From positions 248,001 to 312,000 of the forward strand of contig JBHGNT010000016.1 in assembly GCA_043228905.1 (NCBI GenBank): a DNA stretch of 64,000 nt. Reading direction: 5' to 3'. This DNA comes from Azolla caroliniana (lineage: Eukaryota; Plantae; Polypodiophyta). A model generated the notes under the pieces. That model was not told where the DNA came from, did not search any database, and saw only the letters and a program-made list of their open reading frames with translations. Positions 26,001 through 41,000 of the stretch are shown in pieces. The position numbers were made by a program, and so were the translations under genes. The stretch's first letter is position 1, and each line of letters opens with the position of its first letter.

Positions 26001-29000
26001 TAATTTACCTACTAGCTCTTGTCAACTCCCACCTAAAATTTGCTAATTTCTTCATGTCTCTCGACCTGAGTTTCAAAATCTTGATTTTTTAATTCCATAT
26101 CAGAGCTACCGTTGTTAGCTTCGATTCGCATGTTTGAACACAAAAATCTGATATCACACGAGCCAGGTATGAACATTTTAATTTACTAACGCGCTCTTCT
26201 CCACTACCTCCTGAAATTTGCTAATTTCTTCATGTCTCTCGACCTGAGTTTCAAAATCTTGATCTTTTAATTCCAAATCAGAGCTAGCGTTGTTAGCTTC
26301 GATTCACATGTTTGAACACAAAAATCCGATATCACACGAGCCTGGTATGAACATTTTAATTTACCTACTAGCTCTTCTCAACTCCCTCCTCAAATTTGCT
26401 AATTTCTTCATGTCTCTCGACCTGATCTTCAAAATCTTGATTTTTTAATTCCATAACATAGCTAGCGCTGTTAGCTTCGATTCACATGTTTGAACACAAA
26501 AATCCGATATCACACGAGCCACGGATGAACATTTTAATTTACCTACTAGTGCTTGTCAACTCCCTCCTTAAATTTGCTAATTTCTTCATGTCTCTCGAGC
26601 TGAGTTTCAAAATCTTGATTTTTTAATACCATATCAGAGCTAGCGTTGTTAGCTTCGATTCACATGTTTGAACACAAAAATCTGATATCACACGAGCCTG
26701 GAATGAACATTTTAATTTACCTACTAGCTCTTGTCAACTCCCTCCTCAAATTTACTAATTTTTTCATGTGTGTCGACCTGAGTTTCAACATCTTGATTTT
26801 TTAATTCCATATCACAGCTAGCGTTGTTAGCATCGATTCCCATGTTTGAACACAGAAATCAGATATCACACGAGCCTGGTATGAACATTTTAATTTACTA
26901 ACGCGCTCTTCTCCACTACCTCCTCAAATTTGCTAATTTCTTCATGTCTCTAGACCTGAGTTTCAAAATCTTGATTTTTCAATTCCATATCCGAGCTAGC
27001 ATTGTTAGTTTCGATTCGCATGTTTAAACACAAAAATCCGATATCACACGAGCGTGGTATGAACATTTTAATTTACCTACTAGCGCTTGTCAACTCCCTC
27101 CTCAAATTTGCTAATTTCTTCATGTCTCTCGACCTGAGTTTCAAAATCTTGATTTTTTAATTCCATAACGGAGCTAGCGCTGTTAGCTTCGATTCACATG
27201 TTTGAACACAAAAATCCGATATCACACGAGCCACGGATGAACATTTTAATTTACCTACTAGCGCTTGTCAACTCGCTCCTCAAATTTGCTAATTTCTTCA
27301 TGTCTCTCGACCTCAGTTTCAAAATGTTGATTTTTCAATTCCATATCAGAGCTAGCGTTGTTAGCTTCGATTCGCAATTTTGAACACAAAAATCCGATAT
27401 CACACGAACCACGTATGAACATTTTAATTTACCTACTAGCGCTTGTTAACTCCCTCCTCAAATTTGCTAATTTCTTCATGTCTCTCGACTTGAGTTTCAA
27501 AATCTGGATTTTCCAATTCCATAACAGAGCTAGCGCTGTTAGCTTCGATTCACATGTTTGAACACAAAAATCCGATATCACACGAACCACGTATGAACAT
27601 TTTAATTTACCTACTAGCGCTTGTTAACTCCCTCCTCAAATTTGCTAATTTCTTCATGTCTCGCGACCTGAGTTTCAAAATCTTGATTTTTTAAATCCAT
27701 ATCTGAGCTAGCTTCGATTCGCGTGTTTGAACACAAAAATCCGATATCACACGAGCGTGGTATGAACATTTTAATTTACCTACTAGCTCTTGTCAACTCC
27801 CACCTCAAATTTGCTAATTTCTTCATGTCTCTCGACTTGAGTTTCAAAATCTTGATTTTTCAATTCCATATCAAAGCTAGCGTTGTTAGCTTCGATTCGC
27901 AAGTTTGAACACAAAAATCCGATATCACACGAGCGTGGTATGAACATTTTAATTTACTAACGCGCTCTTCTCCACTACCTCCTCAAATTTGCTAATTTCT
28001 TCATGTCTCCTGACCTGAGTTTCAAAATCTTGATTTTTCAATTCCATATCAGAGCTACCGTTGTTAGCTTCGATTCGCATTTTTGAACACAAAAATCCGA
28101 TATCACACGAGCCACGTATAAACATTTTAATTTACCTACTAGCTCTTGTCCACTACCTCCTCAAATTTGCTAATTTCTCTCGACCTGAGTTTCAAAATCA
28201 AGATTTTTGAATTCCATATCAGAGCTAGCGTTGTTAGCTTCGATTCGCATGTTTGAACACAGAAATCCGATATCACACGAGCCACAGATGAACATTTTAA
28301 TTTACCTACTAGCGCTTGTCAACTCCCTCCTCAAATTTGCTAATTTCTTCATGTCGCTCGACCTGAGTTTCAAAATCTTGATTTTTCAATTCCATATCAG
28401 AGCTAGCGTTCTTAGCTTCAACTCGCATGTTTGAACACAAAAATCCGATATCACACGAGCCAGGTATGAACATTTTAATTTACTAACGCGCTCTTCTCCA
28501 CTACCTCCTAAAATTTGCTAATTTCTTCATGTCTCTCGACCTGAGTTTCAAAATCCTGATGTTTTAATTCCATATCAGAGCTAGCGTTGTTAGCTTCGAT
28601 TCGCATGTTTGGACACAAAACTCCGATATCACACGAGCCACATATGAACATTTTAATTTACTTACTAGCGCTTGTCAACTGCCTCCTCAAATTTGCTAAT
28701 TTCATAATGTCTCTCGACCTGAGTTTCAAAATCTTGATTTTCTAATTCCATAACATAGCTAGTGCTGTTAGCTTCGATTCGCATGTTTGAACACAAAAAT
28801 CCGATATCACACGAGCCACGTATGAACATTTTAATTTACCTACTAGCGCTTCTCAACTCCCTCCTTAAATTTGCTAATTTTTTCATGTCTCTCGACCTGA
28901 GTTTCAAAATCTTGATTTTTTAATTCCATCACATAGCTAGTGTTGTTAGCTTCGATTCACATGTTTGAACAAAAAAATCCGATATCACACGAGCCACGGA

Positions 29001-32000
29001 TGAACATTTTAATTTACCTACTAGCGCTTGTTAACTCCCTCCTCAAATTTGCTAATTTCTTCATGTCTCTCGACCTGAGTTTCAAAATCTTGATTTTTTA
29101 ATTCCATATCAGAGCTAGCATTGTTAGCTTCGGTTCGCATGTTTGAACACAAAAATCCGATATCACGCTCTTCTCCACTACCTCCTCAAATTTGCTAATT
29201 TTTTCATGTCTCACGACCTGAGATTCAAAATGTTGATTTTTTTAAATCCATATTTGAGCTAGCTTCGATTCGCATGTTTGAACACATAAATACGATATCA
29301 CACGAGCCACGGATGAACATTTTAATTTACCTACTCGCGCTTGTCAACTCCCTCCTCAAATTTGCTAATTTCTTCATGTCGCTCGACCTGACTTTCAAAA
29401 TCTTGATTTTTCCATTCCATATCAGAGCTAGTGTTGTTAGCTTCGACTCGCATGTTTGAACACAAAAATCCGATATCACACGATCCATGTATGAACATTT
29501 TAATTTACCTACTAGCGCTTGTCAACTCCCTCCTCAAATTTGCTAATTTCTTCAGGTCTCTCGGCCTGAGTTTCAAAATCTTGATTTTTAAATTCCATAT
29601 CAGAGCTAGCGTTGTTAGCTTCGATTCGCATGTTTGAACACAGAAATCCGATATCACACGAGCCACAGATGAACATTTTAATTTACCTACTAGCGCTTGT
29701 CAACTCCCTCCTCAAATTAGCTAATTTCTTCATGTCTCTCGACCTCAGTTTCAAAATCTTGATTTTTCAATTCCATATCAGAGCTAGCGTTGTTAGCTTC
29801 GATTCGCATGTTTGAACACAAAAATCCGATATCACACGAGCCACGTATGAACATTTTAATTTACCTAGTAGCGCTTGTCAACTCCCTCCTCAAATTTGCT
29901 AATTTCTTCATATCTCTCGACCTGAGTTTCAAAATCTTGATTTTTTAATTCCATAACAGAGCTAGCGCTGTTAGCTTCGATTCACATGTTTGAACACAAA
30001 AATCGGATATCACACGAGCCACGGATGAACATTTTAATTTACCTACTAGCGCTTGTCAACTCCCTCCTCAAATTTGCTAATTAATTCATGTCTCTCGACC
30101 TGAGTTTCAAAAGCTTGATTTTTGAATTCCATATCAGAGCTAGCGTTGTTAGCTTCGATTCACATGTTTGAACACAAAAATCTGAGATCACACGAGCCTG
30201 GTATGAACATTTTAATTTACCTACTAGCTCTTGTCAACTACCTCCTCAAATTTGCTAATTTCTTCATGTCTCTCGACCTGAGTTTCAAAATCTTGATTTT
30301 TTAATTCCATATCAGAGCTAGCGCTGTTAGCTTCGATTCACATGTTTGAACACAAAAATCCGATATCACACGAGCCACGGATGAACATTTTAATTTACCT
30401 ACTAGCGCTTGTCAACTCCCTCCTCAAATTTGCTAATTTCTTCATATCTCTCGACCTGAGTTTCAAAATCTTGATTTTTTAATTCCATAACAGAGCTAGC
30501 GTTGTTAGCTTCGATTCACATGTTTGAACACAAAAATACGATATCACACAAGCCACGCATGAACATTTTAATTTACCTACTAGCGCTTGTCAACTCCCTC
30601 CTCAAATTTGCTAATTTCTTCATATCTCTCGACCTGAGTTTCAAAATCTTGATTTTTTAATTCCATAACAGAGCTAGCGCTGTTAGCTTCGATTCACATG
30701 TTTGAACACAAAAATCGGATATCACACGAGCCACGGATGAACATTTTAATTTACCTACTAGCGCTTGTCAACTCCCTCCTCAAATTTGCTAATTAATTCA
30801 TGTCTCTCGACCTGAGTTTCAAAAGCTTGATTTTTGAATTCCATATCAGAGCTAGCGTTGTTAGCTTCGATTCACATGTTTGAACACAAAAATCTGAGAT
30901 CACACGAGCCTGGTATGAACATTTTAATTTACCTACTAGCTCTTGTCAACTCCCTCCTCAAATTTACTAATTTTTTCATGTGTGTCGACCTGAGTTTCAA
31001 AATCTTGATTTTTTAATTCCATATCACAGCTAGCGTTGTTAGCTTCGATTCCCATGTTTGAACACAGCAATCAGATATCACACGAGCCTGGTATGAACAT
31101 TTTAATTTACTAACGCGCTCTTCTCCACTACCTCCTCAAATTTGCTAATTTCTTCATGTCTCTAGACCTGAGTTTCAAAATCTTGATTTTTCAACTCCAT
31201 ATTCGAGCTAGCATTGTTAGCTTCGATTCGCATGTTTAAACACAAAAATCCGATATCACACGAGCCACGTATGAACATTTTAATTTACCTACTAGCGCTG
31301 GTCAACTCCCTCCTCAAATTTGCTAATTTCTTCATGTCTCTCGACCTGAGTTTCAAAATCTTGATTTTTTAATTCCATAACAGAGCTAGCGCTGTTAGCT
31401 TCGATTCACATGTTTGAACACAAAAATCCGATATCACACGAGCCACGGATGAACATTTTAATTTACCTACTAGCGCTTGTCAACTCCCTCCTCAAATTTG
31501 CTAATTTCTTCATGTCTCTCGACCTGAGTTTCAAAATCTTCATTTTTTATTTCCATATCAGAGCTAGCGTTGCTAGCTTCTATTCACATGTTTGAACACA
31601 AAAATCCGATATCACAGAACCACGTATGAACATTTTAATTTACCTACTAGCGCTTGTTAACTCCCTCCTCAAATTTGCTAATTTCTTCATGTCTCTCGAC
31701 CTGAGTTTCACAATCTGGATTTTTCAATTCCATAACAGAGCTAGCGCCGTTAGCTTCGATTCGCATGTTTAAACACAAAAATCCGATATCACACGAGCCA
31801 CGGATGAACATTTTAATTTACTAACACGCTCTTCTCCACTACCTCCTCAAATTTGCTAATTTCTTCATGTCTCACGACCTGAGTTTCAAAATCTTGATTT
31901 TTTAAATCCATATCTGAGCTAGCGTTCTTAGCTTCGATTCGCATGTTTGAACACAAAAATCCGATATCACACGAGCCATGTATGAACATTTTAATTTACC

Positions 32001-35000
32001 TACTAGCTCTTGTCAACTCCCTCCTCAATATATCTAATTTCTTCATGTCTGTCGACCTGAGTTTCAAAATCTTGATTTTTTAATTCCACATTAGAGCTAG
32101 CGTTTTTAGCTTCGATTCGCATCTTCGAACATAGAAATCCGATATCCCACGAGGCGGGTATGAACATTTTAATTTACCTACTAGCGCTTGTCAACTCCCT
32201 CCTCAAATTTGCTAATTTCTTCATGTCTCTCGACCTGAGTTTCAAAATCTTGATGTTTTAATTCCATATCAGAGCTAGCGTTGTTAGCTTCGATTCGCAT
32301 GTTTGGACACAAAACTCCGATATCACACGAGCCACATATGAACATTTTAATTTACTTACTAGCGCTTGTCAACTCCCTCCTCAAATTTGCTAATTTCATA
32401 ATGTCTCTCGACCTGAGTTTCAAAATCTTGATTTTCTAATTCCATAACATAGCTAGTGCTGTTAGCTTCGATTCGCATGTTTGAACACAAAAATCCGATA
32501 TCACACGAGCCACGTATGAACATTTTAATTTACCTACTAGCGCTTCTCAACTCCCTCCTTAAATTTGCTAATTTTTTCATGTCTCTCGACCTGAGTTTCA
32601 AAATCTTGATTTTTTTAATTCCATCACATAGCTAGTGTTGTTAGCTTCGATTCACATGTTTGAACAAAAAAATCCGATATCACACGAGCCACGGATGAAC
32701 ATTTTAATTTACCTACTAGCGCTTGTTAACTCCCTCCTCAAATTTGCTAATTTCTTCATGTCTCTCGACCTGAGTTTCAAAATCTTGATTTTTTAATTCC
32801 ATATCAGAGCTAGCATTGTTAGCTTCGGTTCGCATGTTTGAACACAAAAATCCGATATCACGCTCTTCTCCACTACCTCCTCAAATTTGCTAATTTTTTC
32901 ATGTCTCACGACCTGAGATTCAAAATGTTGATTTTTTTAAATCCATATTTGAGCTAGCTTCGATTCGCATGTTTGAACACATAAATACGATATCACACGA
33001 GCCACGGATGAACATTTTAATTTACCTACTCGCGCTTGTCAACTCCCTCCTCAAATTTGCTAATTTCTTCATGTCGCTCGACCTGACTTTCAAAATCTTG
33101 ATTTTTCCATTCCATATCAGAGCTAGTGTTGTTAGCTTCGACTCGCATGTTTGAACACAAAAATCCGATATCACACGATCCATGTATGAACATTTTAATT
33201 TACCTACTAGCGCTTGTCAACTCCCTCCTCAAATTTGCTAATTTCTTCAGGTCTCTCGGCCTGAGTTTCAAAATCTTGATTTTTCAATTCCATATCAGAG
33301 CTAGCGTTGTTAGCTTCGATTCGCATGTTTGAACACAAAAATCCGATATCACACGAGCCACGTATGAACATTTTAATTTACCTACTAGCGCTTGTCAACT
33401 CCCTCCTCAAATTTGCTAATTTCTTCATATCTCTCGACCTGAGTTTCAAAATCTTGATTTTTTAATTCCATAACAGAGCTAGCGCTGTTAGCTTCGATTC
33501 ACATGTTTGAACACAAAAATCGGATATCACACGAGCCACGGATGAACATTTTAATTTACCTACTAGCGCTTGTCAACTCCCTCCTCAAATTTGCTAATTA
33601 ATTCATGTCTCTCGACCTGAGTTTCAAAAGCTTGATTTTTGAATTCCATATCAGAGCTAGCGTTGTTAGCTTCGATTCACATGTTTGAACACAAAAATCT
33701 GAGATCACACGAGCCTGGTATGAACATTTTAATTTACCTACTAGCTCTTGTCAACTACCTCCTCAAATTTGCTAATTTCTTCATGTCTCTCGACCTGAGT
33801 TTCAAAATCTTGATTTTTTAATTCCATATCAGAGCTAGCGCTGTTAGCTTCGATTCACATGTTTGAACACAAAAATCCGATATCACACGAGCCACGGATG
33901 AACATTTTAATTTACCTACTAGCGCTTGTCAACTCCCTCCTCAAATTTGCTAATTTCTTCATATCTCTCGACCTGAGTTTCAAAATCTTGATTTTTTAAT
34001 TCCATAACAGAGCTAGCGTTGTTAGCTTCGATTCACATGTTTGAACACAAAAATACGATATCACACAAGCCACGCATGAACATTTTAATTTACCTACGAG
34101 CGCTTGTCAACTCCCTCCTCAAATTTGCTAATTTCTTCATATCTCTCGACCTGAGTTTCAAAATCTTGATTTTTTAATTCCATAACAGAGCTAGCGCTGT
34201 TAGCTTCGATTCACATGTTTGAACACAAAAATCGGATATCACACGAGCCACGGATGAACATTTTAATTTACCTACTAGCGCTTGTCAACTCCCTCCTCAA
34301 ATTTGCTAATTAATTCATGTCTCTCGACCTGAGTTTCAAAAGCTTGATTTTTGAATTCCATATCAGAGCTAGCGTTGTTAGCTTCGATTCACATGTTTGA
34401 ACACAAAAATCTGAGATCACACGAGCGTGGTATGAACATTTTAATTTACCTACTAGCTCTTGTCAACTCCCTCCTCAAATTTACTAATTTTTTCATGTGT
34501 GTCGACCTGAGTTTCAAAATCTTGATTTTTTAATTCCATATCACAGCTAGCGTTGTTAGCTTCGATTCCCATGTTTGAACACAGCAATCAGATATCACAC
34601 GAGCCTGGTATGAACATTTTAATTTACTAACGCGCTCTTCTCCACTACCTCCTCAAATTTGCTAATTTCTTCATGTCTCTAGACCTGAGTTTCAAAATCT
34701 TGATTTTTCAACTCCATATTCGAGCTAGCATTGTTAGCTTCGATTCGCATGTTTAAACACAAAAATCCGATATCACACGAGCCACGTATGAACATTTTAA
34801 TTTACCTACTAGCGCTGGTCAACTCCCTCCTCAAATTTGCTAATTTCTTCATGTCTCTCGACCTGAGTTTCAAAATCTTGATTTTTTAATTCCATAACAG
34901 AGCTAGCGCTGTTAGCTTCGATTCACATGTTTGAACACAAAAATCCGATATCACACGAGCCACGGATGAACATTTTAATTTACCTACTAGCGCTTGTCAA

Positions 35001-38000
35001 CTCCCTCCTCAAATTTGCTAATTTCTTCATGTCTCTCGACCTGAGTTTCAAAATCTTCATTTTTTATTTCCATATCAGAGCTAGCGTTGCTAGCTTCTAT
35101 TCACATGTTTGAACACAAAAATCCGATATCACACGAACCACGTATGAACATTTTAATTTACCTACTAGCGCTTGTTAACTCCCTCCTCAAATTTGCTAAT
35201 TTCTTCATGTCTCTCGACCTGAGTTTCACAATCTGGATTTTTCAATTCCATAACAGAGCTAGCGCCGTTAGCTTCGATTCGCATGTTTAAACACAAAAAT
35301 CCGATATCACACGAGCCACGGATGAACATTTTAATTTACTAACACGCTCTTCTCCACTACCTCCTCAAATTTGCTAATTTCTTCATGTCTCACGACCTGA
35401 GTTTCAAAATCTTGATTTTTTAAATCCATATCTGAGCTAGCGTTCTTAGCTTCGATTCGCATGTTTGAACACAAAAATCCGATATCACACGAGCCATGTA
35501 TGAACATTTTAATTTACCTACTAGCTCTTGTCAACTCCCTCCTCAATATATCTAATTTCTTCATGTCTGTCGACCTGAGTTTCAAAATCTTGATTTTTTA
35601 ATTCCACATTAGAGCTAGCGTTTTTAGCTTCGATTCGCATCTTCGAACATAGAAATCCGATATCCCACGAGGCGGGTATGAACATTTTAATTTACCTACT
35701 AGCGCTTGTCAACTCCCTCCTCAAATTTGCTAATTTCTTCATGTCTCTCGACCTAAGTTTGAAAATCTAGATTTTTCAATTCCATATCCGAGCTAGCGCT
35801 GTTAGTTTCGATTCACATGTTTGAACACAAAAATCCGATATCACACGAGCCACGGATGAACATTTTAATTTACCTACTAGCGCTTGTCAATTCCCTCCTC
35901 AAATTTGCTAATTTCTTCATGTCTCTCGACCTGAGTTTCAAAATCTTGATTTTTTAATACCATATCAGAGCTAGCGTTGTTAGCTACGATTCACATGTTT
36001 GAACACAAAAATCTGATATCACACGAGCCTGGTATGAACATTTTAATTTACCTACTAGCTCTTGTCAACTCCCTCCTCAAATTTACTAATTTTTTCATGT
36101 GTGTCGACCTGAGTTTCAAAATCTTGATTTTTTAATTCCATATCAGAGCTAGCATTGTTAGCTTCGATTCGCATGTTTGAACAAAAAAATCCGATATCAC
36201 ACGAGCCACGTATGAACATTTTAATTTACCTACTAGCTCTTGTCAACTACCTCCTCAAATTTGCTAATTTCTTCATGTCTCTCGACCTGAGTTTCAAAAT
36301 CTTGATTTTTCAATTCCATATTCGAGCTACCGTTGTTAGCTTCGATTCGCATGTTTGAACACAGAAATCTGATATCACACGAGCCACGTATGAACATTTT
36401 AATTTACTAACGCGCTCTTCTCCACTACCTCCTCAAATTTGCTAATTTCTTCATGTCTCTCAACCTAAGTTTAAAAATCTTGATTTTTCTATTCCATATC
36501 AGAGCTAGCGTTGTTAGCTTCGATTCGCATGTTTGAACACAAAAATACGATATCACACGAGCCACGTATGAACATTTTAATTTACCTACTAGCTCTTGTC
36601 AACTCCCTCCTAAAATTTTCTAATTTCTTCATGTCTCTCGACCTGAGATTCAAAATCTTGATTTTTTAATTCCATAACATAGCTAGCGCTGTTAGCTTCG
36701 ATTCACATGTTTGAACACAAAAATCCGATATCACACGAGCCATAGATGAACATTTTAATTTACCTACTAGCTCTTGTCAACTCCCTCCTCAAATTTGCTA
36801 ATTTCTTCATGTCTCTCGACCTGAGTTTCAAAATCTTGATTTTTTAATTCCATAACAGAGCTAGCGTTGTTAGCTTCGATTCACATGTTTGAACACAAAA
36901 ATCTGATATCACACGAGCCTGGTATGAACATTTTAATTTACCTACTAGCTCTTGTCAACTCCCTCCTCAAATTTACTAATTTTTTCATGTGTGTCGACCT
37001 GAGTTTCAAAATCTTGATTTTTTAATTCCATATCACAGCTAGCATTGTTAGCTTCGATTCCCGTGTTTGAACACACAAATCAGATATCACACGAGCCTGG
37101 TATGAACATTTTAATTTACCTACTAGCTCTTGTCAACTCCCTCCTCAAATTTGCTAATTTCTTCATGTCTCTCGACCTGAGTTTCAAAATCTTGATTTTT
37201 TAATTCAATATCAGAGCTAGCGTTGTTAGCTTCGATTCGCATGTTTAAACATAAAAATCCTATATCACACGAGCCAGGAATGAACATTTTAATTTACTTA
37301 CGCGCTCTTCTCCACTACCTCCTCAAATTTGCTAATTTCTTCATGTCTCTCGACCTGAGTTTCAAAATCTAGATTTTTTAATTCTATATCAGAGCTAGCG
37401 TTGTTAGCTTTGATTCGCGTGTTTGAACAAAACAATCTGATATCACACGAGCCAGGTATGAACATTTTAATTTACTAACACGCTCTTCTCCACTACCTCC
37501 TAAAATTTGCTAATTTCTTCATGTCTCTCGACCTGAGTTTGAAAATATTGATTTTTTAATTCCATATCAGAGCTAGCGTTGTTAGCTTCGATTCGCATGT
37601 TTGGACACAAAACTCCGATATCACACGAGCCACATATGAATATTTTAATTTACCTACTAGCGCTTGTCAACTCCCTCCTCAAATTTGCTAATTTCTTCAT
37701 GTCTCTCGGGCTGAGTGTCAAAATCTTGATTTTTTAATTCCATATAAGAGCTAGCGTTGTTAGCTTCGATTCGCATTTTTAAACACAAAATCCGACATCA
37801 CAAGAGCCAGGAATGAACATTTTAATTTACTAACGCGCTCTTCTCCACTACCTCCTCAAATTTGCTAATTTCTTCATGTCGCTCGACCTGAGTTTCAAAA
37901 TCTTGATTTTTCAATTCCATATCAGAGCTAGCGTTGTTAGCTTCGATTCGCATGTTTGAACACAAAAATCCGATACCACACGAGCCACGTATGAACATTT

Positions 38001-41000
38001 TAATTTACCTACTAGCGCTTGTCAACTCCCTCCTCAAATTTGCTAATTTCTTCATGTCTCTCGACCTGAGTTTCAAAATCTTGATTTTTCAATTCCATAT
38101 CAGAGCTAGCGTTGTTAGCTTCGATTCGCATGTTTGAACACAAAAATACGATATAATCTTGATTTTTTTAATCCATATCAGAGCCAGCGTTGTTAGCTTC
38201 GATTCGCATGTTTGAACACAAAAATCCGGTATCACACGAGCCAGGAATGAACATTTTAATTTACTAACGCGCTCTTCTCCACTACCTCCTTAAATTTGCT
38301 AATTTTTCATCTTTCTCGACTTGAGTTTCAAAATCTTGATTTTTCAATTCTATATCAGAGCTAGCGTTGTTACCTTCGATTCGCATGTTTGAACACAAAA
38401 ATCCGATACCACACGAGCCACGTATGAACATTTTAATTTACCTACTAGCGCTTGTCAACTCCCTCCTCAAATTTGCTAATTCCTTCATATCTCTCGACCT
38501 GAGTTTCAAAATCTTGATTTTTTAATTCCATAACAGAGCTAGCGCTGTTAGCTTCGATTCACATGTTTGAACACAAAAATCGGATATCACACGAGCCACG
38601 GATGAACATTTTAATTTACCTACTAGCGCTTGTCAACTCCCTCCTCAAATTTGCTAATTAATTCATGTCTCTCGACCTGAGTTTCAAAAGCTTGATTTTT
38701 GAATTCCATATCAGAGCTAGCGTTGTTAGCTTCGATTCGCATGTTTGATCACAAAAATACGATATAATCTTGATTTTTTTAATTCATATCAGAGCCAGCG
38801 TTGTTAGCTTCGATTCGCATGTTTGAACACAAAAATCCGGTATCACACGAGCCAGGAATGAACATTTTAATTTACTAACGCGCTCTTCTCCACTACCTCC
38901 TTAAATTTGCTAATTTTTCATGTTTCTCGACTTGAGTTTCAAAATCTTGATTTTTCAATTCTATATCAGAGCTAGCGTTGTTACCTTCGATTCGCATGTT
39001 TGAACACAGAAATCCGATATAACACGAGCCACGTATGAACATTTTAATTTACTAACACGCTCTTCTCCACTACCTCCTCAAATTTGCTAATTTCTTCATG
39101 TCTCTCGACCTGAGTTTCAAAATCTTGATTTTTTAATTCCATATCAGAGCTAGCGTTGTTAGCTTCGATTCGCATGTTTGAACACAAAAATACGATATCA
39201 CACAAGCCACGCATGAACATTTTAATTTACCTACTAGCTCTTGTCAACTCCCTCCTCAAATTTGCTAATTTCTTCATATCTCTCGACCTGAGTTTCAAAA
39301 TCTTGATTTTCTAATTCCATAACAGAGCTAGCGTTGTTAGCTTCGATTCACATGTTTGAACACAAAAATACGATATCACACAAGCCACGCATGAACATTT
39401 TAATTTACCTACTAGCGCTTGTCAACTCCCTCCTCAAATTTGCTAATTTCTTCATATCTCTCGACCTGAGTTTCAAAATCTTGATTTTTTAATTCCATAA
39501 CAGAGCTAGCGCTGTTAGCTTCGATTCACATGTTTGAACACAAAAATCGGATATCACACGAGCCACGGATGAACATTTTAATTTACCTACTAGCGCTTGT
39601 CAACTCCCTCCTCAAATTTGCTAATTAATTCATGTCTCTCGACCTGAGTTTCAAAAGCTTGATTTTTGAATTCCATATCAGAGCTAGCGTTGTTAGCTTC
39701 GATTCACATGTTTGAACACAAAAATCTGAGATCACACGAGCCTGGTATGAACATTTTAATTTACCTACTAGCTCTTGTCAACTCCCTCCTCAAATTTACT
39801 AATTTTTTCATGTGTGTCGACCTGAGTTTCAAAATCTTGATTTTTTAATTCCATATCACAGCTAGCGTTGTTAGCTTCGATTCCCATGTTTGAACACAGA
39901 AATCAGATATCACACGAGCCTGGTATGAACATTTTAATTTACTAACGCGCTCTTCTCCACTACCTCCTCAAATTTGCTAATTTCTTCATGTCTCTAGACC
40001 TGAGTTTCAAAATCTTGATTTTTCAACTCCATATTCGAGCTAGCATTGTTAGCTTCGATTCGCATGTTTAAACACAGAAATCCGATATCACACGAGCCAC
40101 AGATGAACATTTTAATTTACTAACGCGCTCTTCTCCACTACCTCCTCAAATTTGCTAATTTCTTCATGTCTCTAGACCTGAGTTTCAAAATCTTGATTTT
40201 TCAATTCCATATCCGAGCTAGCGCTGTTAGCTTCGATTCGCATGTTTGAACACAAAAATCCGATATCACACGAACCACGTATGAACATTTTAATTTACCT
40301 ACTAGCGCTTGTTAACTCCCTCCTCAAATTTGCTAATTTCTTCATGTCTCTCGACCTGAGTTTCAAAATCTGGATTTTCCAATTCCATATCAGAGCTAGC
40401 GTTGTTAGCTTCGATTCGCAATTTTGAACACAAAAACCGATATCACACGAACCACGTATGAACATTTTAATTTACCTACTAGCGCTTGTTAACTCCCTCC
40501 TCAAATTTGCTAATTTCTTCATGTCTCTCGACCTGAGTTTCAAAATCTTGATTTTTTAAATCCATATCTGAGCTAGCTTCGATTCGCGTGTTTGAACACA
40601 AAAATACGATATCACACGAGCTACGTATGAACATTTTAATTTACCTACTAGCTCTTGTCAACTCCCACCTCAAATTTGCTAATTTCTTCATGTCTCTCGA
40701 CTTGAGTTTCAAAATCTTGATTTTTCAATTCCATATCAGAGCTAGCGTTGTTAGCTTCGATTCGCAAGTTTGAACACAAAAATCCGATATCACACGAGCG
40801 TGGTATGAACATTTTAATTTACTAACGCGCTCTTCTCCACTACCTCCTCAAATTTGCTAATTTCTTCATGTCTCTCGACCTGAGTTTCAAAATCTTGATT
40901 TTTCAATTCCATATCAGAGCTACCGTTGTTAGCTTCGATTCGCATGTTTGAACACAAAAATCCGATATCACACGAGCCACGTATAAACATTTTAATTTAC

